This document shows positions 1 through 12,519 of a stretch of DNA of 64,000 bases, in pieces; position 1 is the stretch's first letter, and each line of letters begins with the position of its first letter. The notes below the pieces were generated by a model. That model ran no database searches. It was not told the DNA's origin and was given only the letters and a program-made list of their open reading frames with translations. The DNA is from Narcine bancroftii (lineage: Eukaryota), in the NCBI RefSeq assembly GCF_036971445.1, contig NW_027211918.1, forward strand, positions 1 to 64,000, written 5' to 3'. Position numbers and translations under genes: made by a program.

Positions 1-614
1 GAGCATCAGCCATGGATTCCTCAAACAATGAGGACCCCTGTTGGACACAGTTGTCACGTGTGGCTCAGTGGTTAGCAATGGCACCTCTTGGACTGAAGGT
101 GATGGATTCTAACCTCTATCTAGAATTAGGCTTTGAACAGAGGGGCTTTTTCAGATAAATCTCAATAATCTCATGACGAGCCCAAAAGAAGAAAATAAGA
201 GCGTTCCCCAGGACCCTGAGCCAATATTTATCACTAAACTAACAATTAAATACAGAAGATCCAACCGTATTCGATTGGTTATGTGAAGTCTTGCTTCAAG
301 AACATTGTGACAATTGGACTGGGAAAGTCGATGATCTGTCAGCTCACATTCTGTCACCCTGACAGTCACATGACACAATGATAATGGAGTTATCGACTCA
401 TAATCACAATCCATCCCTGTCCATTAGTCTCCGACGGGTCCAGGTATGGTGCAAGGCTACCCAATGATGGAAGGTTTTGCACATCATCGATCCAAAGACA
501 CCAATTTCTCCCAAAATGTGCATTTTCCACACAGCACATCCCACATCATTCATTTCCTGCCTCTCAAAGCCCATCAGCAAAGCACACGCAGAATCATGAC
601 ATTTTCAAGTTACA

Positions 615-620
615 TTTATT
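615..620 (-). terminator. Polyadenylation signal of long secreted form
   Basis: AATAAA on the minus strand ~250 nt after the CH6-tail stop. Confidence 0.7.
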
Positions 621-870
621 GAACTTCCAAATGATACATGAACACATCCATTGATTTGACACATCTTGAGATCCCAGATCATGTTTCAATCTGATCAATG
701 TCTGTAAAGCCATACAGATGCTGAGAAATTTGTGGCTAATGTAATCCTCGAGTCTCATTTTGTTCTCAATGGTTCAGAAATGTCCAGATCTTAATCATGA
801 TAGAAAGTAAAATGATCTTCTTGGACAGTTAATTTTCATCAAACTAACAAAACCATTGAATCGTGAGGTA

Positions 871-1256
871 TTATGCACAAGAGGTAAAACTATCAGTGAG
901 AACAAGTGAGACATTGACCGAGGTGGGTTTGCTGTGAGATTTATTGATGCTTCTGAACAGATTAGTTGTGAGCGACTCATGTCCCACCACGCAGGAGAAA
1001 GTGGTGCCATGATCCCACTCCTCTGGAGAAACCTTCAACTGACTGGTCATCATGTTCCAGCCACTTCTGGGGTCCTCGGTCACTGGCTGGTTCACGTAGC
1101 CAGTCTTCAGAAGGATGTCATTGGCCATCCAGGCCACGTAGATGTCTGCAGGAGAGAACTTCTTGACTAGGCACATCAGGGTCGCAGACTGATCGCCCTC
1201 TAACTCTTCTGATGAAGGGGGGAGGAGGAAGATGTGAGGAGAAGTCACAACTCCAC
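871..1256 (-). CDS. IgW: CH6 constant exon plus long-form secretory tailpiece
   Basis: Acceptor TTCTGTTCCCAG; ...FLLPPSSEEL...ATLMCLVKKFSP...W...FSCVVGHE... then KPTSVNVSLVLTDSFTSCA* (NVS sequon, penultimate Cys as in mu/IgW/IgNAR tails). Confidence 0.95.
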
Positions 1257-2350
1257 CTGGGAACAGAACGAACCTCAGTTAGGTTGCATCTTTCAATAAT
1301 TCTGTGCTGAACCCACACATTGTGCTTTCAAACCAACATGGGCAACTTCTACATCTTGAGGGATTTCACTTTACCTGACACTGGAGCCTTTTCCCTTTCT
1401 ACTCATTGTTGGGATGTGCAGGGTGGAAGCCTTGACTCGGACACATTTTAAAGCTTCCAGAGAGGTTTGTCTGTTCCGTTTAATCAGTGGAAGCCACTGA
1501 TCACAGAGACTCCACAGAAAGTGGGTCAGACCATGGACTTGACTCATCCTGTGCTGTTTGGTCCATCTCCCCCTCTGCTTCAATGATCTGCTGAACTTCA
1601 GTCTGTGCCTCAGCCTCCCTGCCCTTCCACCCACTGCCTTGACTCAGTCTCTCCCTCAGGGTTTGAAAGCTGCAGATCCTTCTCCCTCGACATCATCACA
1701 GGAACTCACCCCGCAGCTGAGTTTGGTTTTGGATGAGGCTGCTGTGGTGATTTGGGGTCTTACTGGTTTTCTCTGGAGGCTTCAGTCTTCCTTTGCTCCT
1801 TAATATTCTCTGACCAACATGAGAAGACCTTCTCCAAGGCAAAGAAGAATGTGGGGAGTCTCATGGAAACTATAACATTCTGAACTGATTGGACAGAATC
1901 GATACTGGAAGAATGTTCCTGATGGCGGCAGAATCCAGGAACAAGGGTGACAAGCTGAAGATGGTGTGAGAGGAGGAATGATAGAAAGGAGAATGGTGAA
2001 CCTAGGGAATTCTCTGCCACAAAGAGCAGTTGAAGCCCAGTGAGTAAATATATCCAAAGATGAGCTGGATATTGTTCCAAGGGTAAAAGTTCAAGGGGCA
2101 TGGAGAGAAGTCAGGAATAGGGGGCGCAATTTGAATAATCTGCTTTGATCATATTGAATGGCTAAGCAGCAATGAAGGATTGAATGGCCTACTTCTACTC
2201 TCTAATTTTCCCTGAGACAACCACACTGCTGAATGGTGACATATGCTTTGCTTCTGTACATTACACAATGTAAATGACAAAACCTCAGTATTTATTATCA
2301 TTCCTCTACTTGCTTAGATCAGAATCACACCAAGCTCTCTCTTCACGTAC

Positions 2351-2671
2351 CTGTGGCCTTCTTAATGGACCTCTTCTCCGGTGTTGGCAAACTCTTGTCC
2401 TCCACCACGCACGAGTACTCAGTTCCTATCTCCCACTCCGCAGCGGGCACCGTCAGTCTGCTGATAATTATGTCTTCACCTCCGTTCCTATTTGGACCCT
2501 GAGTTCTCACCCCATCTTTTCTCTCACTTCCATCCACTTGCCAGGTTACCCTGAATCCCTCTAAATCACCATGGACCACCTCACATAGAATGGTCGCCGT
2601 CCTGTTCATCCAGATCTCTTCGAAGGAAGGTTTTCTTAAAGTGACTGAGGGGCTGGTATCTGAACAGTCAG
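2351..2671 (-). CDS. IgW: CH5 constant exon
   Basis: Acceptor TTTCTCCCAG; ADCSDTSPSVTLRKPSFEEIW...LC...W...SRLTV...W...YSC; donor G|GTACGT; 321 nt. Confidence 0.93.
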
Positions 2672-3706
2672 CTGGGAGAAATGTCATAATTATTATTTTG
2701 TAGAGGCTCACTGGAGGCTTAATCGAACCAGCTCAAGAGGTTCCGAGTGATGTCATGATATTATTTGGAACGTACGGTGTTTTCAAAATCTGCGCGTGAC
2801 TGTTTGAGTAAAAGACTTTTACTGAACTTCAACTGGACTATGTCTGATCATTTTCTCATTCTTCAATACACGCTGTAAACCAGTTGCTACAATTTCACCA
2901 TTCCCCAAAGGATAGGGCATCACTGGTGAGACCAACATTTCATATTCATCTCCAGCAAATCATTCGTTGGTCGCATCAGATCAGTCGAGACTTATCTACA
3001 TTGATGGAGGAATGAGATTTCCCCAATTGAGCAGACAGGGTAAACCCTTGTCAGGAATATCAATGAACAAATTTGTCTCTGATGTAAGTTGGACAGTTTC
3101 AAGGACACTTAAGCTGTTCCCAGCCACTTATTAAAACAAAAACAGAAAATTCCAAACAATTCAGGCTGCACCTGTGCAGAGGGAAGCAGAGCTAATATTT
3201 TAATTCAGAAATATTCCAGCAATTTTCCTTGACATTTTTAAAATTCAAGCAGCATCAGAAATAGTTGATCTTTATTACAACTGTTAAAATGCATTTGGCC
3301 TCCATGAAGTGTAACTGAAATCTCTTGCTGCTTTCTCAGAACGTTTTGTGTTCAAGCCGTCCTGCAGAGGCTTCCACATTGCCCAGGCTAACTCTTCCCA
3401 TGCTGGAGCAGAGTGCTGTCCTGATGCAGATTCAGTCACGGCTGAGGCCATGACCAGAGGCCCAGATTACATTCAAAGACAGAAGGAGAGACCATTTGGA
3501 AGAGGGATATCCGGGATCTCCAGGGCACCTGGCCAGTGAAATAGTTTGTATTGTGCTCAAGTTATGAAAGCAATTATTTCTCTGGCCAAGATTCTGGAGG
3601 ATCCGTTCAGTCATCAAACCATAACAGGTCTGCACCATGTTTCTGTCTGGCACAGTTTATAGCAAAAAGCAAACAATGTCAACAATGGAGTGGGTCGGGA
3701 CCTTAC

Positions 3707-4024
3707 CTTGGAGGTTCCTCGCTTCCTTTGTGATGCTGGTGTTAGAGGAGGGATGAGACACCGTGCAGCTGAAGATTGAGCCTGTCTTCCACTCCTGTGA
3801 ACTCACCGTCAGGAAGTGGCTGGCACTGAAAGTCCCATCCTGCTCCAGAGCAGTCTGTGTCCTGCTGGTGTTGGAGGAGATCAGGGAGTGACCTTTCTTC
3901 CAGGTGACATCAATGTGGTCTGGGTAGAATCCCGAGACCACACACTCGAGGGTAGCCACATTCCTATGCTTAGCCTCTTCGTATGGTGGAGGCAGCAGTC
4001 TGGCCACAGGAGGTTTTGTCTCAA
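3707..4024 (-). CDS. IgW: CH4 constant exon
   Basis: Acceptor TTCTTCTGTTCCAG after an 85-nt intron; VETKPPVARLLPPP...LECVVSGFYPDHIDVTW...FSCTVSH; donor G|GTAAGG; 318 nt. Confidence 0.94.
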
Positions 4025-4109
4025 CTGGAACAGAAGAACAAAGAAAACATTGGACTCTTTCTCACATCATCACTGATGTTTGTTATTTAATCAGTGATTT
4101 CTTACCCAC

Positions 4110-4409
4110 CTTTGGTGCTTTTTGTCCATGCTGAGACTGGTGAGGATAAATGATCTTGGGCAGAACACATGTACTCCATCCCGCTGGACCACTCCTCCAC
4201 GCTGGTCTGGAGTCGGCTGATTATTGTGTTTTGGAACCCTTTCCTTCTGGGCTGTTGGGTCACAGCTGCATCACTTTTATCCTCTCCGTTCACCTCCCAG
4301 GAGATGTGGACTTTCTTCGGATCAGCAGAGATGACTGTGCACACCAGAGTAGCTGTTTTGTTGATCCATATCTCTTGAATGGAGGGATTTTGAATTGAGA
4401 CAAACAATT
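4110..4409 (-). CDS. IgW: CH3 constant exon
   Basis: Acceptor CCACAG; ELFVSIQNPSIQEIWINKTATLVC...W...SRLQTSVEEW...YMC; phase-1 donor GTGGGT; 300 nt. Confidence 0.92.
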
Positions 4410-5989
4410 CTGTGGATCAGAAAGAGGAGATGTCAGAATTGTAGTGGAAACTTTTCTCTTTGTGATGGAAAGTCAAAGCAGATCCAAGTGCATTGTGGCA
4501 GTGAACTGGAAACAAGGTAACAGAAACTCGCAAGGGTGGAAAGGTGTGCTGCAAATGTTGGCTGGGAAAATAAACTCAGTATAAAGGACCTGCCAAATGG
4601 GTTTAATCGCCTTCCCCACAACTGTGACCACAAGGTTCAGAGCAGGGACTCGATGGGAGGTGAGAGGCTGAACAACATTTTGATGCTGCAAAGCCAGTCA
4701 CAGGTTTGTGGGAAGCCAGAAGAGAGGGAAGTGGGCATATTTCTCATCAGAGACAATTCAATATCTTCTTCACATGGAGCCCCTGTGGAATGAGTTACCT
4801 CCACTGAGCATTGTGAATCAATGAGAATCCTTTTCTCTGGACTGAGGCTGGGATTCCCTCAGTTTGTATTCAGTTAATAAATGCATCCTGGAATAAAACA
4901 CTCTCTTTGGTGGTGGGGATTATAAAGTATTTGTGCTGTTATAAAACCCATCTGGTCCACTGTTGTTCATCACCAGAAGAAATCTGTCATCTATACCTGG
5001 TCTGGTCGCATGTGACTCCAGACCTGCAGTTACATGGCCAAGCCCTGGTCCAGCAAAGCCCTCAGTTAAAGAGCGATCAATGAGGGACATGAAATTGTGA
5101 ATGAATATGATTCCTCTGTGACGGAGCTTTGGGGGCACCTGACATCTGGGTTTGAATCAGTTTTCTGTGACTGTGCTCCAGTGAAGTGGTGCGGTGTTTT
5201 AACATTTGAAAATATCTATTTGAAAGAAAGATGTGGACAACTTACTCTCCAGCAACAACAGAGCAAACCATAAATCTGGAGAATAACAGAAATCTCCCTC
5301 ATGCTGCACTTTGGGAAATTTTTGGAACAGATGTAGTTTCCCCGTTTCATTTTAGAATCGTTTGTTTCCTGTTTTCTGCAAAGCCACTGGTCTCCTCAAG
5401 CACCATCGTCACATCAGTTAAACTGCAGTTCACCATTTACACAATCAGTCACTTTGGTCCACGAGGGCTGTGTTTGCTCTCAAACACTTTTCAAGGAGGG
5501 TGATTATGTTTGTGTCAGGGTTGAAACCTTCACGACATTCAGCGTAAATTCCTCTATGGTATTTAGAGCAGATATAATGAACTCTGTGCCTGTCTGGCAG
5601 GACACATTTCATTTGATGACATATGATGTTATCTCTTGCTCAACCCATCTTTCTTTTAACAAGTGTTGAGCAATTTAAAAACATATGACAGGTACCTGGT
5701 GTTAGTCCAGATAAGATTTCTCGCAGTGTGTGGTCTGAAGTTTGTAAAGTGAGGTGTGTGGTGTCAGGGTTATTTCTTTCAGAATATTGGTTTAATCAGT
5801 ACAGTGATGTTGTTGAACGTTTGTTTGTTGTTCAGTGCCATCCCATATCAATGACAAAATCCAATGCTCAGCCATCTCTGGTGAGAGGCAGTTCCCCCTC
5901 ATAAGTCCTCACAGTGTCAAGATAGCTTTCCTTTTTGCAAAGTGCTGATATTATTCTATTAACCTTTGGGTGATTACACCCACACACAC

Positions 5990-6287
5990 CCTTCAGTGGC
6001 ATTCCTTGTGATCACTGAGTTTCTCTCTTGGACTGAGTTCAGTGTCCAGGAAGTGAGTGAACAAAATGCTTCCAATGTTTGCTGTCCATCCCTTTCACAC
6101 CAAGCGCGTGAGTTTGGTCAGGTCACTGGTGGGGTCCTGTGGTTTGTCTCACTGATTTGTCACAGGCCCCTTTTCTTACAGGTTGTCACATTCTGTAACT
6201 GAGCCAAGGTGACATTTCACCCCTGTGTATCTTCAGCACCTCCTCCCCAAGCCACTGGCTGAGATGTAGTTTCTGGTTCTTGCTGAC
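5990..6287 (-). pseudogene. Possible decayed extra CH exon
   Basis: Strong acceptor CACCTTCTTTCCAG and ~300-nt length. Fragments across frames with stops: QQEPE, EEVLK, NVTLA, NVTTCKK, RLV*KGW..IGSIL. Confidence 0.33.
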
Positions 6288-6515
6288 CTGGAAAGAAGGT
6301 GGTGAAGGGAAGTGGGGCTGGGATCTGAATCACACTGAACCAGCAATGTCCACAAATGAATGAGTGTACATGTGAGGTGTGGAGTGGGGATGGGGCAGCT
6401 TGAATTGATGCCTTGTTCTCTGCTGCACTTTGATCTCAGTGGATATGGTGGGATAGATTTGAATCCAGAAAATGGATTGTAATAAAATTCACTGACAAAT
6501 TCCACATGCAGCCAA

Positions 6516-6643
6516 TCACTTTATTTGACACTTTCCTTGTGAACAATGATACGGTCGGGTGGTACCATCAGAGAATGTCACATTGACATTAGTCTGCTGG
6601 AAGAATATCGGCACACACGTCGAACAGCTGGGACAGTTTTTAT
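6516..6643 (-). CDS. IgW: Short-form (2-CH) secretory tail exon, Cys-rich
   Basis: Acceptor CTTCCATTTTCAG in phase 1 gives DKNCPSCSTCVPIFFQQTNVNVTFSDGTTRPYHCSQGKCQIK* (5 Cys, NVT sequon). AATAAA overlaps the last codons (6525-6520). Position and character match the known IgW/IgX short tail. Confidence 0.88.
6520..6525 (-). terminator. Candidate polyadenylation signal of short secreted form
   Basis: AATAAA inside CAA ATA AAG TGA at the end of the short-tail exon. Confidence 0.55.
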
Positions 6644-7277
6644 CTGAAAATGGAAGATGCATAGATTTAACCATTAGATATTCTCTCCTCTACTGGCTGC
6701 ACTGAGAAAGGAAGTAGCTCCACACAGTCCCGACCTCTATTCTCTGCATTCACCATCTTTTAGGGATGAGATAATGAAAACCAATGATGACCTGTTGTCC
6801 CAAGTTCTAATCCCAGTGTTTCTGAGGGGTTGGCCAACAGAATAATAATCCATCTTTGTGAGTGGATGACGTGCCAGGGAGATTCCTGGGATACTGTGGA
6901 GATAGACTGTGGAGATTCATTCACTCGGCTGGAGCTATTTTTCCAGAAACTGAGACTGCAAAGTGAAAAGTGAAGGTGGAGATCTTCTCCACATGGTCTA
7001 TCGGTTGGGACACATCTTGCTTGATGTCCCATTTCCCTTTCACTCCACACAGTAACCACAAGAATTATGTGGGAGTAAGTGCACAGGAGACTTAAACTTT
7101 CACTTTTGCTGTACAACAGATTGGGTTAAAATTAGTGACTGAAAGGGTTGGATTGAAATGTAGAGGGAATAAATATCACACCTCACTCAACAGGACTCCC
7201 ATCGGGGACATGAATTGAGTGGAGGTCAGCTAGTTGAATACTGTAAGTAAATTAATTCTCCTTCAGACACCACTCAC

Positions 7278-7580
7278 CCCCCTGATATCTCATGACGATC
7301 TTCTCACTGAAGCTGGAAGGTTTATGGGTCACTTCACAAGAATATTCTTGTTCGCTGGTCCATTCATCCACAGACAAGGTCAGGTAGGCAACAGTTTCAA
7401 ATCCACCATCAGTTTTCATGGAAGGGAGAAGAGTGCCCACTTGCTCTGATTTGCCTTTTTTCCAGGTCACCTGAATCTTGTCAGGTGAGAATCCAGATAT
7501 CACACAGCCTAGGATAGCAGTTGTTTGATTGCTGAGAACCTCCGGGGATGGAACAAGAGGCATGAGCTTTGGAGATTGAG
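7278..7580 (-). CDS. IgW: CH2 constant exon
   Basis: Acceptor TTTTACAG; ...LGCVISGFSPDKIQVTW...YLTLSVDEW...YSCEVTH...; donor G|GTGAGT; 303 nt. Confidence 0.93.
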
Positions 7581-8492
7581 CTGTAAAACAATGCAATGTT
7601 AATGCAATATTACTGATGGCATAACTGGCCACAGTGTAGGTGGACTCCATTCCCCAACTCCATTTGCAAATGCCCCAACAGCAGCCCACTCTACAAATCT
7701 GATCATTACAGATGACCTGTCGTAGGATGGATCCTATCGTGAGATGTTGGGTAGAGCTGTGATTGGGAGATCAAGGTGTACAACACAGGCCTCCCCAGCA
7801 TTATGTCCCACACTGCAGTGTTGAGGGGGTTGAACGAGGAAGTGGCCTGTGTGGGCAGACTATTGGTGATCTGATTGTTTGGTGGAATGGCTGACTCCAG
7901 ATCCTGTGGATATGAGCAGATGGGGTAGAACAGGACATTAGGGAAGCACAATATTGAGGACAATCAAAAAGAAGAACAGATGGACAAGAGGAAATTATTT
8001 GGTTTTAATGGCAATGATTTGCTCACATCTTAGAGGTGATGGATAAAGGTGAGTGGGGGATGTTGATTCTTCAGTTCCCTTCACAAGGAGTGTGAGTTTT
8101 GCAGGAACAGTGACTAATGTCTGTCTGGTTCCGTGTGGAGGAGCTAATCTGGGGGGTGATGCTTGGGCCAGGTGGTGGGGATGGTGCAGAGTCTTCTGAA
8201 ATTAGATAAATGAGTGGATACAATGGAGGCTGTTCAGCACAGATTATTTCCTGTACATTCCACCAAAATTCAGTTTCATTGACTGGAGGAAACTGCCTCA
8301 TTCTCCGTCTATTTCCACCTAATTTCTCTCTGCCTTTTTTGTGCGCTACAGCAGCACTGGCTTGTAGGAATGGAAGAAATGAGTAAAGGAATGAATGGAC
8401 ATCCTTGAACATTTTTTGACAAAGGTTCCTGCTCTAGTTTTATCCCTCGACAGTAATGTAGTTTCAAATAGCAAATCAAATCTCATACTAAC

Positions 8493-8807
8493 TTTCAGCG
8501 AATATTGGTTTTGTGCTTGCTGTCACGAACTCGGTTGACTTGTACCCTGCCTTGCAGTAGTAGATATTGTTGCTTTTCCAATCCGCCGCAGGGACTCGGA
8601 GCAAGCTGCTCATTGTGTACTTTGCATTCTGCCCCAACACTGCTGGATATTTCTTGATTCCGTTGGTGATGTCCCCACTGGCAGTGGACCATTTCTGGAT
8701 GATGCTCTCAGGCTGATAATCCTTGACCAGACACAGGAGGCTGATCACTTGGTCAGATTCTCTGTGGCAGGGAGGGGCGATGAAGACTGACGGTAATGAC
8801 TCAACCT
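8493..8807 (-). CDS. IgW: CH1 constant exon
   Basis: Acceptor TACTTTTCAG. Sequence EVESLPSVFIAPPC...LLCLVKDYQP...W...YTMSSLLRV...W...YYC is a C1-set domain with an extra N-terminal Cys (likely light-chain link). Phase-1 donor GTTAGT; 315 nt. Confidence 0.92.
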
Positions 8808-8992
8808 CTGAAAAGTAAATAAATTCACAGACAGTCCTGTCAATAAATGCATGACCAACAGATGAAGCAAACATCCAATGTCATTTCCAAATTCATTTAC
8901 CGTGTTACAGAAATTGCTTCCCGACTTATGTCTCAACAGAGAGTATATGTCTCTGAGGGAGAAAGGCATGGAATAATCCAAGGAACAGCAAA

Positions 8993-9215
8993 AGGCAGCT
9001 CGGTTAGTGTAGTGGTAGCACAACGCTGTTACACCACCACCAACTGGGGTTCAAATCTGGCGCTGTCTATAAGGAGTTTGTACGTTTTCCCTGTGTGTGT
9101 GTGGGTTTCCTCCAACCATTCAAATTGTACCAGGGTGTGTAGTTCAATTGGGTGTATTTGGGTGGGACAGGCTCGTGGGGTGAAAACACTTGTTACCGTG
9201 CTATATGTCTAAATT
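8993..9215 (+). mobile_element. tRNA-derived SINE (V-SINE/HE1-like)
   Basis: A/B-box-like head (GTTAGTGTAGTGG...GGTTCAAATC) and core GGAGTTTGTACGTT...GTGGGTTTCCTCC; related copies elsewhere in the window. Confidence 0.75.
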
Positions 9216-12200
9216 TAATATTCAAAAATCCCACAGAGGAGATTTAAGCATGGCATATAAGGTGACTCTCTCCTGCAGTACTGAGGCAGTGACCCAATGT
9301 CTGACGTGTGGGATTTTGATCAAAGTTGCACCAAATCTCTCCCTCAAATGCAACGAATGATCCTCAGTGAATGTTTTGCACCAGAATATTGTTCACAGAA
9401 AAAAGGAAGAATTTGGCAGGAAGGTTATTGTATAAATCAGAACATTTCACCGGTAATGTTTTTGCATGGAATGAAGTTACACCGGCCTGAATACCTGAAC
9501 CTCGTCAATATGAAATGTGTGATATGGTGGCACCTGGGGACTCTTCTTCTGAAATTCAATTGAACTGACCCCACAGTGAATTTGTTCCTGCTTTACAGGT
9601 TTTCCAAATGTAGTGGCAGAGGAGCTTGATGAAGCAGGAGGGAATGTTAACATGGATAAGAAAGGAATTTGGAAATCCATTAGCCCAGTCCTGAGTAAAT
9701 GCAGGAATCTTGGAAGGTTGAAAGGTTCACGGAATACACAGCTCCCAGTGTCCAGAGAGGAAATGCACAAGTTAAGAGGCAGAATCTACTTGAAAGATCT
9801 GGTTCTCATTTGACTGGAAAAGTGCAACCAATGATCATGTGGTTACTTCAGCTAATTCCTGGGCATTAATGGGTGCTTAGGTTTTCATTACTTTAATCTT
9901 CTCAATGGCTTGAAAAGTTGTGAATCATTTCTTAATGTTCAGTGTGTGACAAACGACATCTCCTCTATTTCCTCCACATCTGCTCCAACTCCCCCTCTCC
10001 TCTTCTCCACATTTTCCACTTCTCCAGCCTCTCCATTCAACAGATCAACCTTGGTGATTTCTGCCACCTTCAATGAGCTTCCACCACCAGGTGCATCTTC
10101 CCCTTCCCTTCCATTTCAGTGCTCTGAAGGGACTGTTTTCCTTGCACCTCCCTTGGCCACTTTTCATCTCCACATTTCACTCCCCTTACAGCACTCTCCC
10201 TGCAACCACAACACTTGCTTTTTCCCCTCTTTCCTCACTCTCCATGGATTGTTTACAAATAAAGGGATATCCAGCAAGTGGGATTCCAAATGTGAGATAG
10301 GTGGACTTCAGGACCAACATGATCCTGTTAAAACGCAGGATAAAACTGGTAGGAGGAGGGAACCTTGGACAATGAGGGATTTCAAGGATCTGGTCATGGA
10401 AAGACAAGGAGGCACATGGACAAGTTGGGTTGAAGGGTTGGTTTCTGAGCTATGACTCCATGACAGATTTGATAGCAGGAGATTTTGTTTTGGCCCATTG
10501 TCAGAATTATCTGGAGCAGAGTTGTGGGCAAGACTAGTCTTGGCCACCAAAATAGAGTCACAGAGTCAGAGAGGGTTGAAACAGTCCCTTTGGCCCTACT
10601 TGCATGCACTGACCAGAATGTCTGACCCACACTCATCCCACCTGCCTGCTTTTCATGTCTTTCCCTCCAAATTTATCCATGTATCAATCCACATTTTTCT
10701 TAAAACATGCCTCAACTTCCTCTTCTGCCAGCCCATTCCATACAGCCACAACCCTCTGTTTAAAAAAGTTATGCCTCATGTTCTATTGGATATATTCTGC
10801 GAATGAAAGGATAGTGAGCAAACTTTGGCCAAGATTTCAATTAGGTGGAAAATAAAATTACAAAATATTTACTTCACAATAGTTTCCTCCAGTAGATGGA
10901 GGTGAAATGTTGAACTGCAGTGCACAATGGTGCAGGAGAAACTCAGCAGGTCACTCAGCACTGATGGGAAGTAAAGGGTAACCAGCATTTCAGCCCTGAA
11001 CCCTTTGTCAAGGTAATGAACAAAAAGCAGTGTTGATATCTTGCTTCAAAGACATTATTCAACCAGATAGCAATGGCCATGATTCCCAGGTGTCAGCTTC
11101 TCTGAGGATCTGTCCTGGAGCCTCCATTTTGATGCAACCACAAAGAAGGTTCCCCAGTACCTATACAACCCAGACCTGTGTTGTGGTGAAGTGTCACAGG
11201 ACAGGAGGTAGCTGGACCATAACTACACTCAATGGGCTGAATGGCGCTGGTCTGGCCTGCTATTGGGACTCTCCCCACCCTGCCACACAGGAAAAGGTGG
11301 GACCTGGCTGGGCCTCAGGATGTTGGAGACCTGCAGTGAGGAGCACCAAGACCTCAACACCCTATGGTTTCATTTCTGGGTCTCTGGGCCAAGAACACCC
11401 TGACACAAAGCAAACCTGGGTTAGCAAAGCTGTCATGTAACATAACAAATTTAAATGTCTGAAACATAAAAACTGACGTAAATTCTGCCACAAAAGGTAC
11501 TTTGTTTAAAATAAGCGATCTACAGTTCACTGAAACCACAAAATGTACCCCGAAGTCCTTCATCACAAATGATCTTCCCAGATCTGCCGACCGAGAGTTC
11601 CCAGATGAATGGGGACTGTGAGCCTTTACCAGGCCCAACTTGGTAGGGAATCATAGTGTTGGAATCCCTCTTGTAATCCTGGGAAGCCCAGCTCCATGTG
11701 GAGAAGTGTGGTGAATGGCCCACTACATCTCAGTAAACTCTGTACAGTGGGTCTGTGCATGTCCAGGACTAACTGTAGTGCACGTGGCTGCACACTGTTG
11801 GTTCCCTTTGGAACTGCCACTCACTGCCAGCACTGTCTGATCCTGGTGAGCCTCAGCTTCATAAGGAGTCAGTAATTCAAGTAAAGGATGATCTGAGGAA
11901 CCTCACTGCTCTTCATTGATGTCAGCCTTTAGTAATACAGGGATTCCTGGAGCAAAGAACTGGGATCATCTGGATGCCCTCCAGCCAATCAATGTCTGTC
12001 CATTCATCCACAGCAGAGTCATTCTTCAGCAGAGGAGTCCCCAGTGGAGGAGAACTTTGGGAACTCGGGTCCCTCCCGACATCACTAAAGCAGACCGTCT
12101 GGACTTTTTCCTGGTTCCGTTTGTGGGACCAAGCTGCAGACAAGTTGGGTACAATGTGTCTGCACCTCAAGGGCTAGGGAAGAGTTTGGGATGTTTTGGG

Positions 12201-12519
12201 GATATGAAAATCAATGAAAAACACAAATGAACTTTCACCAAATAAAAGGGTCAAAATAAAAATGAAAGAGGCTGGGTGTCAAAAATCTGACTGAAGGACT
12301 TTAATGAAAGGCCATTGATGTAAAATATAATCTCTGTGTCCCTTCCCACAGAGGATCGGAGAGCTGCCAAGTGTCTCTGGTGGAGAGGCACAATGTCAGT
12401 GAGTGGGATTTACATCCAAGGTTCTTCTACATCCCAAGATCTGCAGATTGTAAGTGCAATTTAATAGGGATCAGTGTTCTGAATGATGGTCAGGAGGTGA
12501 ACTTGGAAAACACATCAAA

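Noticed and set aside
1371-1634. ORF between CH5 and CH6 ending at a donor-like CAG|GTAAAG
   Set aside because: Lacks the C1-set Cys-Trp-Cys pattern; resemblance to the CH5 end is too weak.
8993-9065. tRNA genes at SINE heads (also ~60, 19993, 39826)
   Set aside because: No complete cloverleaf; where the downstream sequence is recognisable it continues into a SINE body.
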